The notes: generated by a model from the sequence alone, not told the origin. Numbered from the stretch's first letter, positions 28,155-38,627 are shown. The stretch is 64,000 nt of DNA from an uncultured Mollicutes bacterium (GCA_900545015.1 UQXJ01000002.1:20260-84259); one strand, 5' to 3'. Program-made: numbers and translations.

Positions 28155-28712
28155 ATGAAAACTTTAATTGTATATAAATCAAACACAGGATTTACAAAAG
28201 AATATGTAGACATGATTAAAAAAAGAATAGTTGATGCTACTGTGGTTGAAATTAAAAAACTAAATTCAAAATTGATTAAGCAACACGACATTATTTTTTA
28301 TGGAGGTCCTTTAAGAAATAATGTTATTTTAGGATTAAATAAATTCTTAAAATATAACGATAAATTTGGCGATAAAGATATCTTTATTTTTGCAACTGGA
28401 ATTCAACCAATTGATAATGAGAAAAAAGAATTAGTAATTGATACAAATCATCTAGATTTATATCACGTAAGACTTTATTTACTTCCAGGTGGTTTAGATA
28501 TTTCAAAAATGAGCAAATTCCAACAAAAAATGATTAAATTTGGTCTTAAAATGGCTGAAAAGAGTGGAAAGATGCCTGGAGGAATTGACTCAAGCATGAT
28601 TGAAAGTAGATTAAATACACCATTAAATCTTGTTTCGCCTCTATCAATTGAAAGGATGATGGAAGTTTATACTCTTGTTAATTTAAAGAGAATGAAAAAC
28701 AAAACTAAATGA
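28155..28712 (+). CDS. flavodoxin-domain protein
   Basis: 185 aa with N-terminus MKTLIVYKSNTGFTKEY, typical of the flavodoxin FMN-phosphate loop. Confidence 0.65.
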   Translation: MKTLIVYKSNTGFTKEYVDMIKKRIVDATVVEIKKLNSKLIKQHDIIFYGGPLRNNVILGLNKFLKYNDKFGDKDIFIFATGIQPIDNEKKELVIDTNHLDLYHVRLYLLPGGLDISKMSKFQQKMIKFGLKMAEKSGKMPGGIDSSMIESRLNTPLNLVSPLSIERMMEVYTLVNLKRMKNKTK

Positions 28713-28731
28713 TGCACTCGCATCATTTTTT
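28709..28731 (+). terminator. rho-independent terminator overlapping the TGA stop of the flavodoxin gene
   Basis: ATGATGC-ACTC-GCATCAT followed by TTTTT. The TGA at 28710-28712 lies inside the left arm. Confidence 0.65.
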
Positions 28732-28802
28732 ACAAAGTTTTGAATAATCTTTTCTATTTAGATTTATAGAATAATTATCTAAATTAAATTATAATATTGT
28801 TC

Positions 28803-29261
28803 ATGGAAAATCCTGGAATAAAAGTAGTAACAACGAATAAGAAAGCATCGTTTAATTATTTCTTATCAAATTTTTTAGAAGTTGGAATTGAATTAACTGG
28901 TACTGAAATTAAATCAATTAAACTTCATAATGTAAGTTTATCTGACTCTTACATAGTCTTTAAAAATGGTGAAGCTTTTATTTTAAACATGAACATAAGT
29001 GTTTATGAAAAAGGAACAATTTATAATCATGATCCATTAAGAACAAGAAGACTTTTAATGCATAAAAATGAAATTCTTAAATTTGAACAAAAAACAATTA
29101 AAGAAGGTTACACAGTTGTTCCAACTAAACTTTATATAAAAAAAGGTTTAGCGAAACTTGAAATTGCTCTTGCTAAAGGTAAAAAACTTTACGATAAACG
29201 TGAAACAATTAAAGAACGTGATGATGCGAGAAACATGGCCAAAGCACTTAAAAGGGAATAA
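28803..29261 (+). CDS. smpB: SsrA-binding protein SmpB
   Basis: MENPGIKVVTTNKKASFNYFL...ELTGTEIKSIK...RTRRLLMHKNEI is the canonical SmpB pattern. The track start at 28797 is TTG and the ATG is at 28803. Confidence 0.92.
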   Translation: MENPGIKVVTTNKKASFNYFLSNFLEVGIELTGTEIKSIKLHNVSLSDSYIVFKNGEAFILNMNISVYEKGTIYNHDPLRTRRLLMHKNEILKFEQKTIKEGYTVVPTKLYIKKGLAKLEIALAKGKKLYDKRETIKERDDARNMAKALKRE

Positions 29262-29264
29262 ATT

Positions 29265-30119
29265 ATGAATAAAATGACACTTTTATATAAAATTTCATAT
29301 AGTGCCCTTTTCATAGCTCTTGGTATTATTCTTTCTAGATTTATCTCAATTCCTGCTCTTTTTGGTTTACCATTTTTAAAGATAAGTTTTGCTCCATCAA
29401 TTGTTATGTTTTCTAGTTTTTATTTAGGACCTGTTTTCGGCTTAATTGTTGGACTACTTGTAGATGTTTTAGGTGCACTTATGTTTCCAACTGGTGCTTT
29501 TAATCCTTTATTTTCGATAGCAGCAGGTTTAACTGGACTCATCCCATTTTTAGCATATTATGTAATTTCAAAAACAAAAATTGAAAATAAATTACCAATT
29601 ATAAGTATCATTTTAGTCATTGCATTTAATTTATTTATCATATTATTTATGTGTTTTAATGATGAAATTAGATCCGAAAGTGGAAAAAGAGCCTATACAC
29701 TTTATCAATGGATCAAATGGAGCGTTTCGATAACTGCTTTGCTATTATCTATCCTTTATATAATAGGAGAAATTATTTTAAGAAATAAATTTAAAGAAAA
29801 AAGATTTAATAAATTTTATAACATTTATACAATCACAAGTAGTGTCTTTGTGACTTATTTTATTTTTAAAATTCCAGTTGGAAGTTTAGTACAAGCTTTC
29901 ATTCTTGATTGGGACTTTTTAATTATTTTAACAAGCAGAATGCTAACTGGCTTTATAACGAGCTTTGTACATATATTTATTATAAGTGTAGCACTTGATT
30001 TATCGCTTTCTTTTAATGTAAAAGGCGCTCTAATCTCACCTAAAATATTAAATTTTCATGAAAATAATGAGGAAAATACAGATACTCAAATTAGCAAAGA
30101 GAAGGTAAAACAAAAATGA
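29265..30119 (+). CDS. ECF-transporter S component, folate-family-like, with ~100-aa C-terminal extension
   Basis: 284 aa and hydrophobic. ALFIALGIILSRFISIP...LKISFAPSIVMFSSFYLGPVFGLIVGLLVDVLGAL resembles FolT-type S components. Confidence 0.5.
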   Translation: MNKMTLLYKISYSALFIALGIILSRFISIPALFGLPFLKISFAPSIVMFSSFYLGPVFGLIVGLLVDVLGALMFPTGAFNPLFSIAAGLTGLIPFLAYYVISKTKIENKLPIISIILVIAFNLFIILFMCFNDEIRSESGKRAYTLYQWIKWSVSITALLLSILYIIGEIILRNKFKEKRFNKFYNIYTITSSVFVTYFIFKIPVGSLVQAFILDWDFLIILTSRMLTGFITSFVHIFIISVALDLSLSFNVKGALISPKILNFHENNEENTDTQISKEKVKQK

Positions 30120-30295
30120 TGGAAGATAATAAAACAAACGAAAAAATAGAATTAGATGAAGCTGAAAAAGAAGCTGATAAATATGAAAAAATGTTTGATG
30201 ATAAACCAAACAAATCTCATAAAGGATTACTCATTTTTATTGGCGTAATCTTTATTTTAATTATCGCTGTCTTAATAACTTTACTTTGTATTTAG
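30116..30295 (+). CDS. 59-aa tail-anchored small membrane protein (not in ORF track)
   Basis: MMEDNKTNEKIELDEAEKEADKYEKMFDDKPNKSHKGLLIFIGVIFILIIAVLITLLCI*. There is an ATGATG overlap with the TGA stop of the S-component gene. Confidence 0.4.
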   Translation: MMEDNKTNEKIELDEAEKEADKYEKMFDDKPNKSHKGLLIFIGVIFILIIAVLITLLCI

Positions 30296-31104
30296 TTCTT
30301 GAATGTTTTTAAATCTTTTTCATTGATTTTATAAATATTCATAGCATTTTGGTACATGACTTTGTTGTAGTCAGACCTATTTAATTTAATATAATTTTTA
30401 AAATAATCTTGATAGATTGGATTGTTTAATGTGTCTTCACCATCAATAGGATTATCAGTTCCAAACATAACACGATCCATTAAATTCAATTTCTTTAGTT
30501 TTCTTAAAGTTCTCATATTGACCCAAGCTGTATCAGCATAAATATTTTTGCATTCAACCATTGCTTCAATTGCGTGAATGTGGTCGGTTTCTAATTCCAT
30601 ATGCGCAGCAACAAAAATAATATCTGGATTTTTTAAAGCAACTTCTTTTAGATATTTAATTTGTGAAAACTTATCGCCTGCTGTATGGACAAGAATTGGG
30701 AGATTATATTTTCTAGCAATATCTAAATAAGGAATAAATTTTTTATTTGTTATTTTCATTCTTGAGCAAAAAGGATGAAATTTAATTCCATGGATGAAAT
30801 CGATATTTTCTTTTATAAATTTATCAACTTCTTCGTAATTATTTTCGGTGTGGGGTCTTACCCAAACAAGCATCCCCATATGTTTATGTCTTTTAATAAA
30901 ACTTAAAAGTTTTTTTGAACCTTCAATCTGCTCAGTAAATTTTTTAGAAATATTATCTTCTTTAAATTCAGTACCATCAAAACTTATTAAAGTGTAAGAA
31001 ATGTGATATTTATTTATACTTTTTAATAAATTTAATTTTGTAAGAGTTAAAGTTGGCCAATATCCAATATGTGTATGTGTATCAATAATGAAGTTGTTTT
31101 TCAT
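30292..31104 (-). CDS. metal-dependent amidohydrolase (TIM-barrel, TatD/amidohydrolase_2-like)
   Basis: 270 aa with N-terminal IIDTHTHIGYW (HxH metal motif) and later HTAGD and AAHME histidines. Confidence 0.7.
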   Translation of the reverse strand: MKNNFIIDTHTHIGYWPTLTLTKLNLLKSINKYHISYTLISFDGTEFKEDNISKKFTEQIEGSKKLLSFIKRHKHMGMLVWVRPHTENNYEEVDKFIKENIDFIHGIKFHPFCSRMKITNKKFIPYLDIARKYNLPILVHTAGDKFSQIKYLKEVALKNPDIIFVAAHMELETDHIHAIEAMVECKNIYADTAWVNMRTLRKLKKLNLMDRVMFGTDNPIDGEDTLNNPIYQDYFKNYIKLNRSDYNKVMYQNAMNIYKINEKDLKTFKN

Positions 31105-31256
31105 ACTTAAGATTATATCCTCAAAAATTTAATTTATATATGAAAGTGCGACTAAATATTTAAAAATGATACATTTTCGTTTTAATATGCAATATATTAT
31201 TATCTCAAGTTCCTTTTAACTTTAATTAGAAATTATTATTAATTATAATTAATAAT

Positions 31257-31892
31257 ATGAAAAACAAAGAACCACTTACACAAAAAACTATTTCACTAAT
31301 TACAGCAATTTCAGGAAGTCTTATTGTTGTTTTAGGATTATCAACTTTTTTCATAATTAAGGCAGTTACCCCAAATTATGCAATGATTAAAGATAATAAA
31401 GTTGTAAATGAATTAGAAGATATACTTGAATATCCTTCAGGTGAAAAGAAAATTAACATGAATAAATATTACACATTCACTTCATATACAAGTGAACAAG
31501 ATGTAATAAAAATAAATAAAGAAGAAAACGGATTAACTATTTCACTCAATAATTTATTTAATTTAAATTCAACAATCATTGAAGAAAGCAAAGATGATTT
31601 TATGTTTAATTTATATTTATCAATTATTGATGCTAATGGTGAAAAAATTGATTTTAGTAAAGGATATTACGCTTATCACATTGAAGATGGAAGCGAAAAG
31701 CCAAAACAACAACTTTTAACTTCAAATGCAATAAAACTTGAAAAGTTTCAATTTAATAAAGAATATAAAGAAAAACATAGCGAACTTAAAATTGTTTTTG
31801 ATTATAAAGAAAATGTAGATAAGGACAAATTAAAAACATTAAGTGTTGATAAAGATAGAACTTATCTTTCGTTCTTTGTAAATTTAGGATAA
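31257..31892 (+). CDS. N-terminally membrane-anchored hypothetical protein
   Basis: 211 aa with one TM span (ISLITAISGSLIVVLGLSTFFII) and no recognised motif. Confidence 0.55.
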   Translation: MKNKEPLTQKTISLITAISGSLIVVLGLSTFFIIKAVTPNYAMIKDNKVVNELEDILEYPSGEKKINMNKYYTFTSYTSEQDVIKINKEENGLTISLNNLFNLNSTIIEESKDDFMFNLYLSIIDANGEKIDFSKGYYAYHIEDGSEKPKQQLLTSNAIKLEKFQFNKEYKEKHSELKIVFDYKENVDKDKLKTLSVDKDRTYLSFFVNLG

Positions 31893-31904
31893 TGAGGTAA
31901 AAAA

Positions 31905-33098
31905 ATGAATATAGTAGATAGATTTAAAAAAATAATTGCTTTTGATACAGTAAGTGATGAAAATTCATCAACTTATCCATCAACAAAAACTCAATTTGAA
32001 TTTGGAAAAATGCTTGTTGAAGATTTACATGAAATTGGTGTAACAAATGCTTATCAAGACGAACATGGCGTAATTTATGGTTTTATTGATGCTAATAAAG
32101 AAAAAACAATTGGTTTAATTGCTCATATGGATACAGCACCAACTATTGCTGGAGGAATTAAAAATCCTAGAATTATTGAAAAATATAATGGTGAAGCAAT
32201 TAAATTAAATGAAAAATACACTATGTCACCTAGTGATTTTCCTGTTTTAAAAACAGTAGTTGGTGAAGAGCTAATGGTAACAGATGGCGAACATCTTTTA
32301 GGTGGAGATGATAAAGCTGGAATCGCTATTATTTTTGAATTTGCTAAATATTTTAATGATCACAAAGATGAATTTAATTACAATTTAGCTATTTCATTTA
32401 CGTGCGATGAAGAAATTGGAAGAGGTGCTTCTAAATTTGATGTTAAAAAAATGAAAGCTGACATTGCTTATACACTTGATGGTGAATCAATTTATGAAGG
32501 AAATTTTGAAAATTTCAATGCAGCAAGTGCTAGAGTTGTTATTAGTGGCGTCGGTGTTCATCCAGGGATGGCAAAAAATATTATGGTCAATGCTTGCTTA
32601 GTAGGCATAGATTTTAATAACGAACTTCCTAAAGATATGATTCCATCTAAAACTGAAGGCTATGAAGGATTTATTCATCTTGATGAATTTAAAGGTGATG
32701 TTGAACACGTTGAAATGAGCTATATTTTAAGAGATCATGATAAAGAAAAACTTGAAAATAAAAAAGAATTATTAGTTAAAGCAAAAGCTGCTGCTTTAAA
32801 GAAATATCCAAAAGCTCATATCGAATTAATGATTAAAGATGACTATAGAAATATGAGAGATTATTTCATAAAAGATATGAAAGCAATCGAACTTATTAAT
32901 AAAGCTTACATTGAATCTCACAATAGAATTGAGTATTTACCAATTAGAGGTGGGACAGATGGAGCAACAATTACTTATATGGGACTCCCATGTCCAAACT
33001 TAGGAGTGGGCGATTTTAATCCTCATGGTAGATTTGAATTTGTGTCTCTTACACAAATGAAAAAAATGGTTGAAATTCTTAAGTATTTATTAAAATAG
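31905..33098 (+). CDS. pepT: peptidase T (tripeptide aminopeptidase, M20B)
   Basis: 397 aa with motifs IAHMDTAP, LGGDDKAG and TCDEEIG. Confidence 0.9.
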   Translation: MNIVDRFKKIIAFDTVSDENSSTYPSTKTQFEFGKMLVEDLHEIGVTNAYQDEHGVIYGFIDANKEKTIGLIAHMDTAPTIAGGIKNPRIIEKYNGEAIKLNEKYTMSPSDFPVLKTVVGEELMVTDGEHLLGGDDKAGIAIIFEFAKYFNDHKDEFNYNLAISFTCDEEIGRGASKFDVKKMKADIAYTLDGESIYEGNFENFNAASARVVISGVGVHPGMAKNIMVNACLVGIDFNNELPKDMIPSKTEGYEGFIHLDEFKGDVEHVEMSYILRDHDKEKLENKKELLVKAKAAALKKYPKAHIELMIKDDYRNMRDYFIKDMKAIELINKAYIESHNRIEYLPIRGGTDGATITYMGLPCPNLGVGDFNPHGRFEFVSLTQMKKMVEILKYLLK

Positions 33099-33123
33099 TT
33101 GAGATTTGCAAGGTTTTTCACTA

Positions 33124-33150
33124 AAAAGGGTTTAAAATAAATCCTTTTTT
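33124..33150 (+). terminator. probable AT-rich rho-independent terminator after pepT
   Basis: AAAAGGGTTT-AAAAT-AAATCCTTTT followed by a T-run. The stem is weak. Confidence 0.4.
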
Positions 33151-33276
33151 AAAAGGTTATTTGCTTATAAAACGTTTTAAAAAACCCAGAACTTAACTTA
33201 AAAATTAGGTGTTTAATTTTAAGAATGATTAAAACTATAAAATGTAGTAGAATAACAACGCTAAAGGAGTAAAAGT

Positions 33277-33744
33277 ATGGAAACGATTTCTTGGGATGAA
33301 TATTTTATGGGTATTGCTTTATTAAGCGCAAAAAGAAGTAAAGATCCTTCTACACAAGTTGGAGCATGTATCGTTGATGAAGACAATAAAGTTGTTTCAA
33401 TCGGATATAATGGCATGCCAAGAAAAGTTGATGAAAGTCAATTAACTTGGAACAAAGGTGAAGGACTTGATTCTAAATATTTATATGTTTGCCATGCTGA
33501 ATTTAATGCAATTTTAAACACAAGAAATGGAAGTAGTTTAAAAGGATGCACAGTTTATGTTACTCTCTTCCCTTGTAATGAATGTGCAAAAGCAATTATT
33601 CAAGTTGGCATTAAAAAAGTTATTTATTTAAGTGATAAATATAAAGATTCAACAGAAACACAAGCAAGTAAGAAATTATTAACTTTAGCTGGTGTTGAAT
33701 TTGAACAATATAAAGGAAGATATAGCGAAATTTTATTAAAATAA
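33277..33744 (+). CDS. comEB: dCMP deaminase (ComEB-type)
   Basis: 155 aa with zinc motifs CHAEFNAI and PCNECAK. Confidence 0.88.
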   Translation: METISWDEYFMGIALLSAKRSKDPSTQVGACIVDEDNKVVSIGYNGMPRKVDESQLTWNKGEGLDSKYLYVCHAEFNAILNTRNGSSLKGCTVYVTLFPCNECAKAIIQVGIKKVIYLSDKYKDSTETQASKKLLTLAGVEFEQYKGRYSEILLK

Positions 33745-34566
33745 ATGGAAAAAGCAATTGAAGTTAGAAATTTAAATTTCTCTTACGAGGATGGTATTCC
33801 TGTACTAAAAGATGTATCGTTTGACGTCGATAAAGGCGAATATGTTACATTAATTGGTCATAATGGAAGTGGAAAATCAACACTTTCTAAACTTTTAGCA
33901 TACCTTGTTGAACCTAAAAGTGGAGAAATTTTTATTAATGGTCATATTTTAAATGAAAGTTATGAACCAACTTTAAGAAAAACTTTAGGAATTGTTTTTC
34001 AAAATCCAGACAACCAATTTATCGGCTCAACGGTTGAAAGTGATATTGCATTTGGACTTGAAAATAGAGAAGTTGAAAGAGAAAAAATGATTGAACTTGT
34101 GAAGAAATATTCTGCACTTGTTAATATGGATAAATTTTTAAAAAGAGCACCAGATGAATTAAGCGGTGGTCAAAAACAACGTGTTGCTATCGCTGGAATT
34201 TTAGCTCTTGGACTAAAAATTATTATTTTTGATGAATCTACATCAATGCTTGATCCAGAAGGCGTTGAAGATATTAAATCTTTAATATTTAAAATGAAAA
34301 AAGATGATCCTGAATTAACTTTTATTTCAATTACTCATGATATTGAGGAAGCTTATTTAAGTGATAGAGTAATTATCTTAAATGATGGAAAGATTTTTAA
34401 AGAAGGAACCCCTAACGAAGTATTTAAAAACGAAGAAGAAATAAAAAGTATTGGCTTAGATATTCCTTTTGTATTAAAAGTTAAGAATTCTTTAAAAGAA
34501 AAAGGAATTGACGTTCCTGAATCAATAAATTCAATAGAAGGACTTGCAGAATTTATATGTCATTAA
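33745..34566 (+). CDS. ecfA1: ECF transporter ATPase component 1
   Basis: 273 aa with GHNGSGKST, LSGGQKQRVAIAG and IIIFDEST. It belongs to the ecfA-ecfA'-ecfT-truA arrangement. Confidence 0.9.
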   Translation: MEKAIEVRNLNFSYEDGIPVLKDVSFDVDKGEYVTLIGHNGSGKSTLSKLLAYLVEPKSGEIFINGHILNESYEPTLRKTLGIVFQNPDNQFIGSTVESDIAFGLENREVEREKMIELVKKYSALVNMDKFLKRAPDELSGGQKQRVAIAGILALGLKIIIFDESTSMLDPEGVEDIKSLIFKMKKDDPELTFISITHDIEEAYLSDRVIILNDGKIFKEGTPNEVFKNEEEIKSIGLDIPFVLKVKNSLKEKGIDVPESINSIEGLAEFICH

Positions 34567-35459
34567 TCGAAACAAGAAATTTAACATATATTTATGATAA
34601 AAAAGACCCTAACGGATTTGATGCATTACATGATATAAACATTCAAATTGAAAAGGGAGATTTTGTTGCAATTGTTGGAAAAACAGGCAGTGGAAAATCT
34701 ACTCTTGTTCAAACTTTTAATGCGCTTTTATTACCTACAAGTGGTGAAACTAGAGTTGAAAATTTTATTATTACTGGTGACAAAAAAAGATTAAAAAAAG
34801 AATTAAAAGAACTCCCTATTGAAGCTCAAAAAGACAATAAGAAACTTTCGAAACTTAGGAAAAAAGTAGGAATGGTTTTTCAATTCCCAGAATATCAACT
34901 TTTTGCTGAAAATGTTTTAAAAGATGTTATGTTTGGGCCAAAGAACTTTGGATTAAGTGAAGAAGAAGCTAAAAAGAAATCAATTGAAGCTTTAAAAAGC
35001 GTTGGTTTAAACGAAAAATATTATCAAAAATCTCCTTTCGAATTAAGTGGAGGAGAAAAACGTAGAGTTGCTATTGCTGGAATTTTAGCAAGTGAACCTG
35101 AAGTTTTAATTCTTGATGAGCCTACAGCTGGACTTGATCCAATTGGTAAAAGAGAAATCATGGAACTTATTAAAAAATATCATGAAAGTGGAGACAAAAC
35201 TATTATTGTTGTCACTCATGATATGGATATAGTTTTAAATTATGCTAAGAAAGTTATTGTTTTAAGTGACTCTAAACTTATTGAAACTTTAACTCCTAGT
35301 GAGCTTTTTAATACACATGATTTAACTAATTATTCATTAGAGATTCCAACTATCTATAAATTTAAGAACTTACTAAAAAGTAATGGATTTGCAGGGTTTT
35401 TGGATGATAAAAACGATTTTAACTCAATAATTGATGAGATTACGAGGGTGAAAAAATGA
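34557..35459 (+). CDS. ecfA2: ECF transporter ATPase component 2 (with Lys-rich insert)
   Basis: 300 aa with GKTGSGKST, LSGGEKRRVAIAG and LILDEPTAGLD. It carries the insert KKRLKKELKELPIEAQKDNKKLSKLRKK. Confidence 0.9.
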   Translation: MSLIETRNLTYIYDKKDPNGFDALHDINIQIEKGDFVAIVGKTGSGKSTLVQTFNALLLPTSGETRVENFIITGDKKRLKKELKELPIEAQKDNKKLSKLRKKVGMVFQFPEYQLFAENVLKDVMFGPKNFGLSEEEAKKKSIEALKSVGLNEKYYQKSPFELSGGEKRRVAIAGILASEPEVLILDEPTAGLDPIGKREIMELIKKYHESGDKTIIVVTHDMDIVLNYAKKVIVLSDSKLIETLTPSELFNTHDLTNYSLEIPTIYKFKNLLKSNGFAGFLDDKNDFNSIIDEITRVKK

Positions 35460-36346
35460 GCAATGTATTTGGACAACTAACACATTACAACACCGTAATT
35501 CATCGTATTGATGCACGTGTTAAATTCTTTGGCTTAATCGCTTTAATGGTGGTTTGCTTTTTAAATTATGGAAATTATGCAAATCGTTTTATTATTCTCG
35601 GCGCATTAGCATTAATTATTTATATCATCATGCTTTTAGGAAAAGTTTCACTTTTATCTCTTCTTAAAAACTTAAAAGGACTTTGGATAATGATGATATT
35701 TTTACTCATAATATTTGTTTTTGTTCCTTCTAGAACTGGTTCAACTGATTCATATCATGAAATGTTTCGTTTTAACGATAATTACATTATTTATTGGGAA
35801 GGATTATTCCAAACACTTCATGTCTTTTTAAGACTTGTTTTAATGGTTGCTTTAACTTTAATTTTAACTTCAACAACTGAACCAATGGATATAACTTACG
35901 CACTTGAATGGTATTTATATCCTTTAAAATTATTAAAGTTCCCAACTCAAATCATAACAATGATTATTTCACTTGCTTTAAGATTTATTCCAACACTTTT
36001 AGGTGAATCTCAAAAGATTATGAAAGCTCAAAAAAGTAGAGGCGTTGATTATGATAGAGGTTTTTTAAGCCAAAAAATTAAAAGTATTACAACTTTAATT
36101 GTCCCTTTACTTATTAGTTGTTTCTCAAAATCAACAGAATTATCTCTAGCAATGGTCGCTAGAGGTTATGATCCATATGCGAAAAGAACAAGTTATAAAA
36201 TTTTAAAATTTAGAAAATATGATGCTTTTGCTCTCACCTTCATTTTGATAATTTTAGCGACCTTCATCACTTTAAGCTGCTTAGCAATTTATTATCCAGG
36301 TGCAGATAATTTCTTAAAATTATTTTTTGGAATTGAGGCTTTTTAA
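35456..36346 (+). CDS. ecfT: ECF transporter transmembrane component
   Basis: 296 aa, polytopic, with CbiQ/EcfT-like ...MKAQKSRG... and ...AMVARGY... coupling-helix motifs. Confidence 0.85.
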   Translation: MSNVFGQLTHYNTVIHRIDARVKFFGLIALMVVCFLNYGNYANRFIILGALALIIYIIMLLGKVSLLSLLKNLKGLWIMMIFLLIIFVFVPSRTGSTDSYHEMFRFNDNYIIYWEGLFQTLHVFLRLVLMVALTLILTSTTEPMDITYALEWYLYPLKLLKFPTQIITMIISLALRFIPTLLGESQKIMKAQKSRGVDYDRGFLSQKIKSITTLIVPLLISCFSKSTELSLAMVARGYDPYAKRTSYKILKFRKYDAFALTFILIILATFITLSCLAIYYPGADNFLKLFFGIEAF

Positions 36347-37075
36347 ATGAGATATTTACTTTGCTTTTCTTATGATGGAACTGACTTTTATGGATATGCA
36401 AAGCAAGTCAATACGCTTACAATTCAAGGCGAAGTTGAAGAAAAATTATCTTTAATTTTTAATGAAGAAATTAAGATTAATGCAAGTGGAAGAACTGATA
36501 AAGGCGTACACGCTTATAATCAATACGCACACTTTGATAGCGATAAAGAAATTAATGTAGAAAAACTAACTTATTCATTAAATAAGCTTCTAAATAAAGG
36601 CATTTTTGTGAAATATGTGAAAACTGTTGATAACGATTTTCATTCAAGATTTAACGCAAAATGCAAAATTTATGAATACAAAATCAAGGTTAATAACTAC
36701 TTACCTTTTGAAAGAAATTATGTTTATTTTTTTAAAAATCTAAATTTAAATAAAATTGAAGAAGCTTCAAAATTATTTATTGGCGAACATTCATTTAAAA
36801 ATTTTACGAGTAAACCTGATGATGAAAATAATTTCGTTAGGAACATTTTTGATATCAAAATAATTCACGAAGGAGATTATTGTTTTCTAGATTTTTTAGG
36901 TGATGGATTTATGAGATATGAAATTCGAAAAATCGTAGGTTCTCTCATTGCTTATGCAACTGATAAAATTGATTTAAAAACTCTAAAAGAGTATTTAGAC
37001 AAAAGTGAAAGAGATATAATCAACTTCCAAGCACCTAGCCAAGGCCTTTATTTAAAAGACGTAATTTATAAATAA
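36347..37075 (+). CDS. truA: tRNA pseudouridine(38-40) synthase
   Basis: 242 aa with catalytic motif SGRTDKGVHA. Confidence 0.9.
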   Translation: MRYLLCFSYDGTDFYGYAKQVNTLTIQGEVEEKLSLIFNEEIKINASGRTDKGVHAYNQYAHFDSDKEINVEKLTYSLNKLLNKGIFVKYVKTVDNDFHSRFNAKCKIYEYKIKVNNYLPFERNYVYFFKNLNLNKIEEASKLFIGEHSFKNFTSKPDDENNFVRNIFDIKIIHEGDYCFLDFLGDGFMRYEIRKIVGSLIAYATDKIDLKTLKEYLDKSERDIINFQAPSQGLYLKDVIYK

Positions 37076-37152
37076 ACGCAATTAAAATTCAAAAATATTG
37101 AGGATACTACTTAAAAGTAGTAAAATAATTCCATTAAAGGAGATTTTTTAGT

Positions 37153-37857
37153 ATGGGTAGACATTTTGAAGTCAGAGCCGCATCTATGGCAGCAACTGCA
37201 AAGAAAAAAAGTGCAATTTACATGCGTGCATCTAAAGAAATTTATATGGCCGCAAAAAGAGGTGTCCCTGATCCAAACTCCAATCTTGCTTTAAGAGCAG
37301 CAATTGATAAATATAGAAAACAATGTCCAAAAGATGTTATTGATAGAGCAATTAAAAAAGCTCAAGGTGGCGATGCTACTAACTATATTGAAGGAAGATA
37401 TGAAGCATATGGACCAGCAGGTTCTTACATTATTATTGACACATTAACTGATAACTCAAATAGAGCTTTAGTTAACGTAAGAACAATTATTACAAAAAAA
37501 GGTGGTCACTTAGGTGATGTATCTTATAACTTCGAACAAGTTGGAATCTTAGATTTTAAATTTGATGGAACAGTTGAAAACTTAGAAGAAATGTTAATCT
37601 TAGGTGATGTTGATGTTAAAGAAATCACTGTTGAAGATGGCGTTGCTGAAGTTATCGTTGAACCAAGTGCATTTGCGAAAGCAAAAGAAGTTTTAGCAGA
37701 TAACGGAATTACTGAATTTGAAGCTGCAGAAGTTACAATGAAGGCAAATGATCCAATTACACTCGAAGGCGAAGAATTAAGAAAATTCCAAGAATTATTA
37801 GATATGCTTGATGATTGTGAAGATGTTCAAGCAGTTTATCACAACGTATCACTTTAA
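37153..37857 (+). CDS. YebC/PmpR-family DNA-binding regulator (YeeN-like)
   Basis: 234 aa. The N-terminus MGRHFEVRAASMAATAKKKSAIYMRASKEIYMAAKRG and the overall length fit the family. Confidence 0.8.
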   Translation: MGRHFEVRAASMAATAKKKSAIYMRASKEIYMAAKRGVPDPNSNLALRAAIDKYRKQCPKDVIDRAIKKAQGGDATNYIEGRYEAYGPAGSYIIIDTLTDNSNRALVNVRTIITKKGGHLGDVSYNFEQVGILDFKFDGTVENLEEMLILGDVDVKEITVEDGVAEVIVEPSAFAKAKEVLADNGITEFEAAEVTMKANDPITLEGEELRKFQELLDMLDDCEDVQAVYHNVSL

Positions 37858-37880
37858 TTTGCGCATAAGCGAAAGGAGTT

Positions 37881-38162
37881 ATGACTATGGCAGAAGTTAA
37901 AAAAGTAACTAAAAAGGCTGTAGAAGCAAAAGAAACAAAAGACGTTAAAAAGGCAGCTCCTAAAAAGAAAAAAGTTTATCACCTTAAAAAAGTTGATGGT
38001 AAATGGGAAGTTATTCTTAAAGAAGGAGAAAAAGTCATTAAGAAATTTGATACTAAAGAAGAAGCAATGGCATATTGTGAAGTTTTAGTTAAGAATCAAG
38101 ATGGCACACTTCTTGTTCATGCATCAAAAGGAAAATCAAAAGGTAGATTTATTAAATCATAA
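37881..38162 (+). CDS. DUF2188-like small protein
   Basis: YHLKKVDGKWEVILKEGEKVIKKFDTKEEAMAY... is typical of DUF2188. The second ATG at 37887 has better SD spacing. Confidence 0.6.
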   Translation: MTMAEVKKVTKKAVEAKETKDVKKAAPKKKKVYHLKKVDGKWEVILKEGEKVIKKFDTKEEAMAYCEVLVKNQDGTLLVHASKGKSKGRFIKS

Positions 38163-38173
38163 GGATTAAAAAT

Positions 38174-38596
38174 ATGTTGATTGATAATATTAAAAAAGAA
38201 AAGCTAATAGCTTTTAAGAATAAGGATAACAACAAAAGAGCAGTTCTTGAAATTGTTATCAATAAATATATGATTGCTGGTTATGAAGCAAAAGCTAGTG
38301 GGAAAGAACTTAGTGATGCTGATTTAATCAAAATCATCTCTAAAACACTTAAAGAATTGGAAGAAGAAAAAGCAAGCTACGAAAAAGCAAATAGAGTTGA
38401 TACAGTAAATGATATCAATGCTCAAATTGAAGTTTTAAGTGCTTATCTTCCTAAATTAATGTCTGAAGAAGAAATTAAAAATGTTATTCTTTCTTTAGAA
38501 GATAAGAGCGTACCTGCTGTTATGAAACATTTTAAAACAAATTATAACGGCAAATGCGATATGGCTCTTGTAAATAAAGTATTAAAGAGTTTATAA
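38174..38596 (+). CDS. GatB/YqeY-domain protein
   Basis: 140 aa with a helical YqeY-like pattern (LIAFKNKDNNKRAVLEIV...). Confidence 0.65.
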   Translation: MLIDNIKKEKLIAFKNKDNNKRAVLEIVINKYMIAGYEAKASGKELSDADLIKIISKTLKELEEEKASYEKANRVDTVNDINAQIEVLSAYLPKLMSEEEIKNVILSLEDKSVPAVMKHFKTNYNGKCDMALVNKVLKSL

Positions 38597-38627
38597 TTTA
38601 TAGGCTTGTTTCAAGCCTATAAACAAT

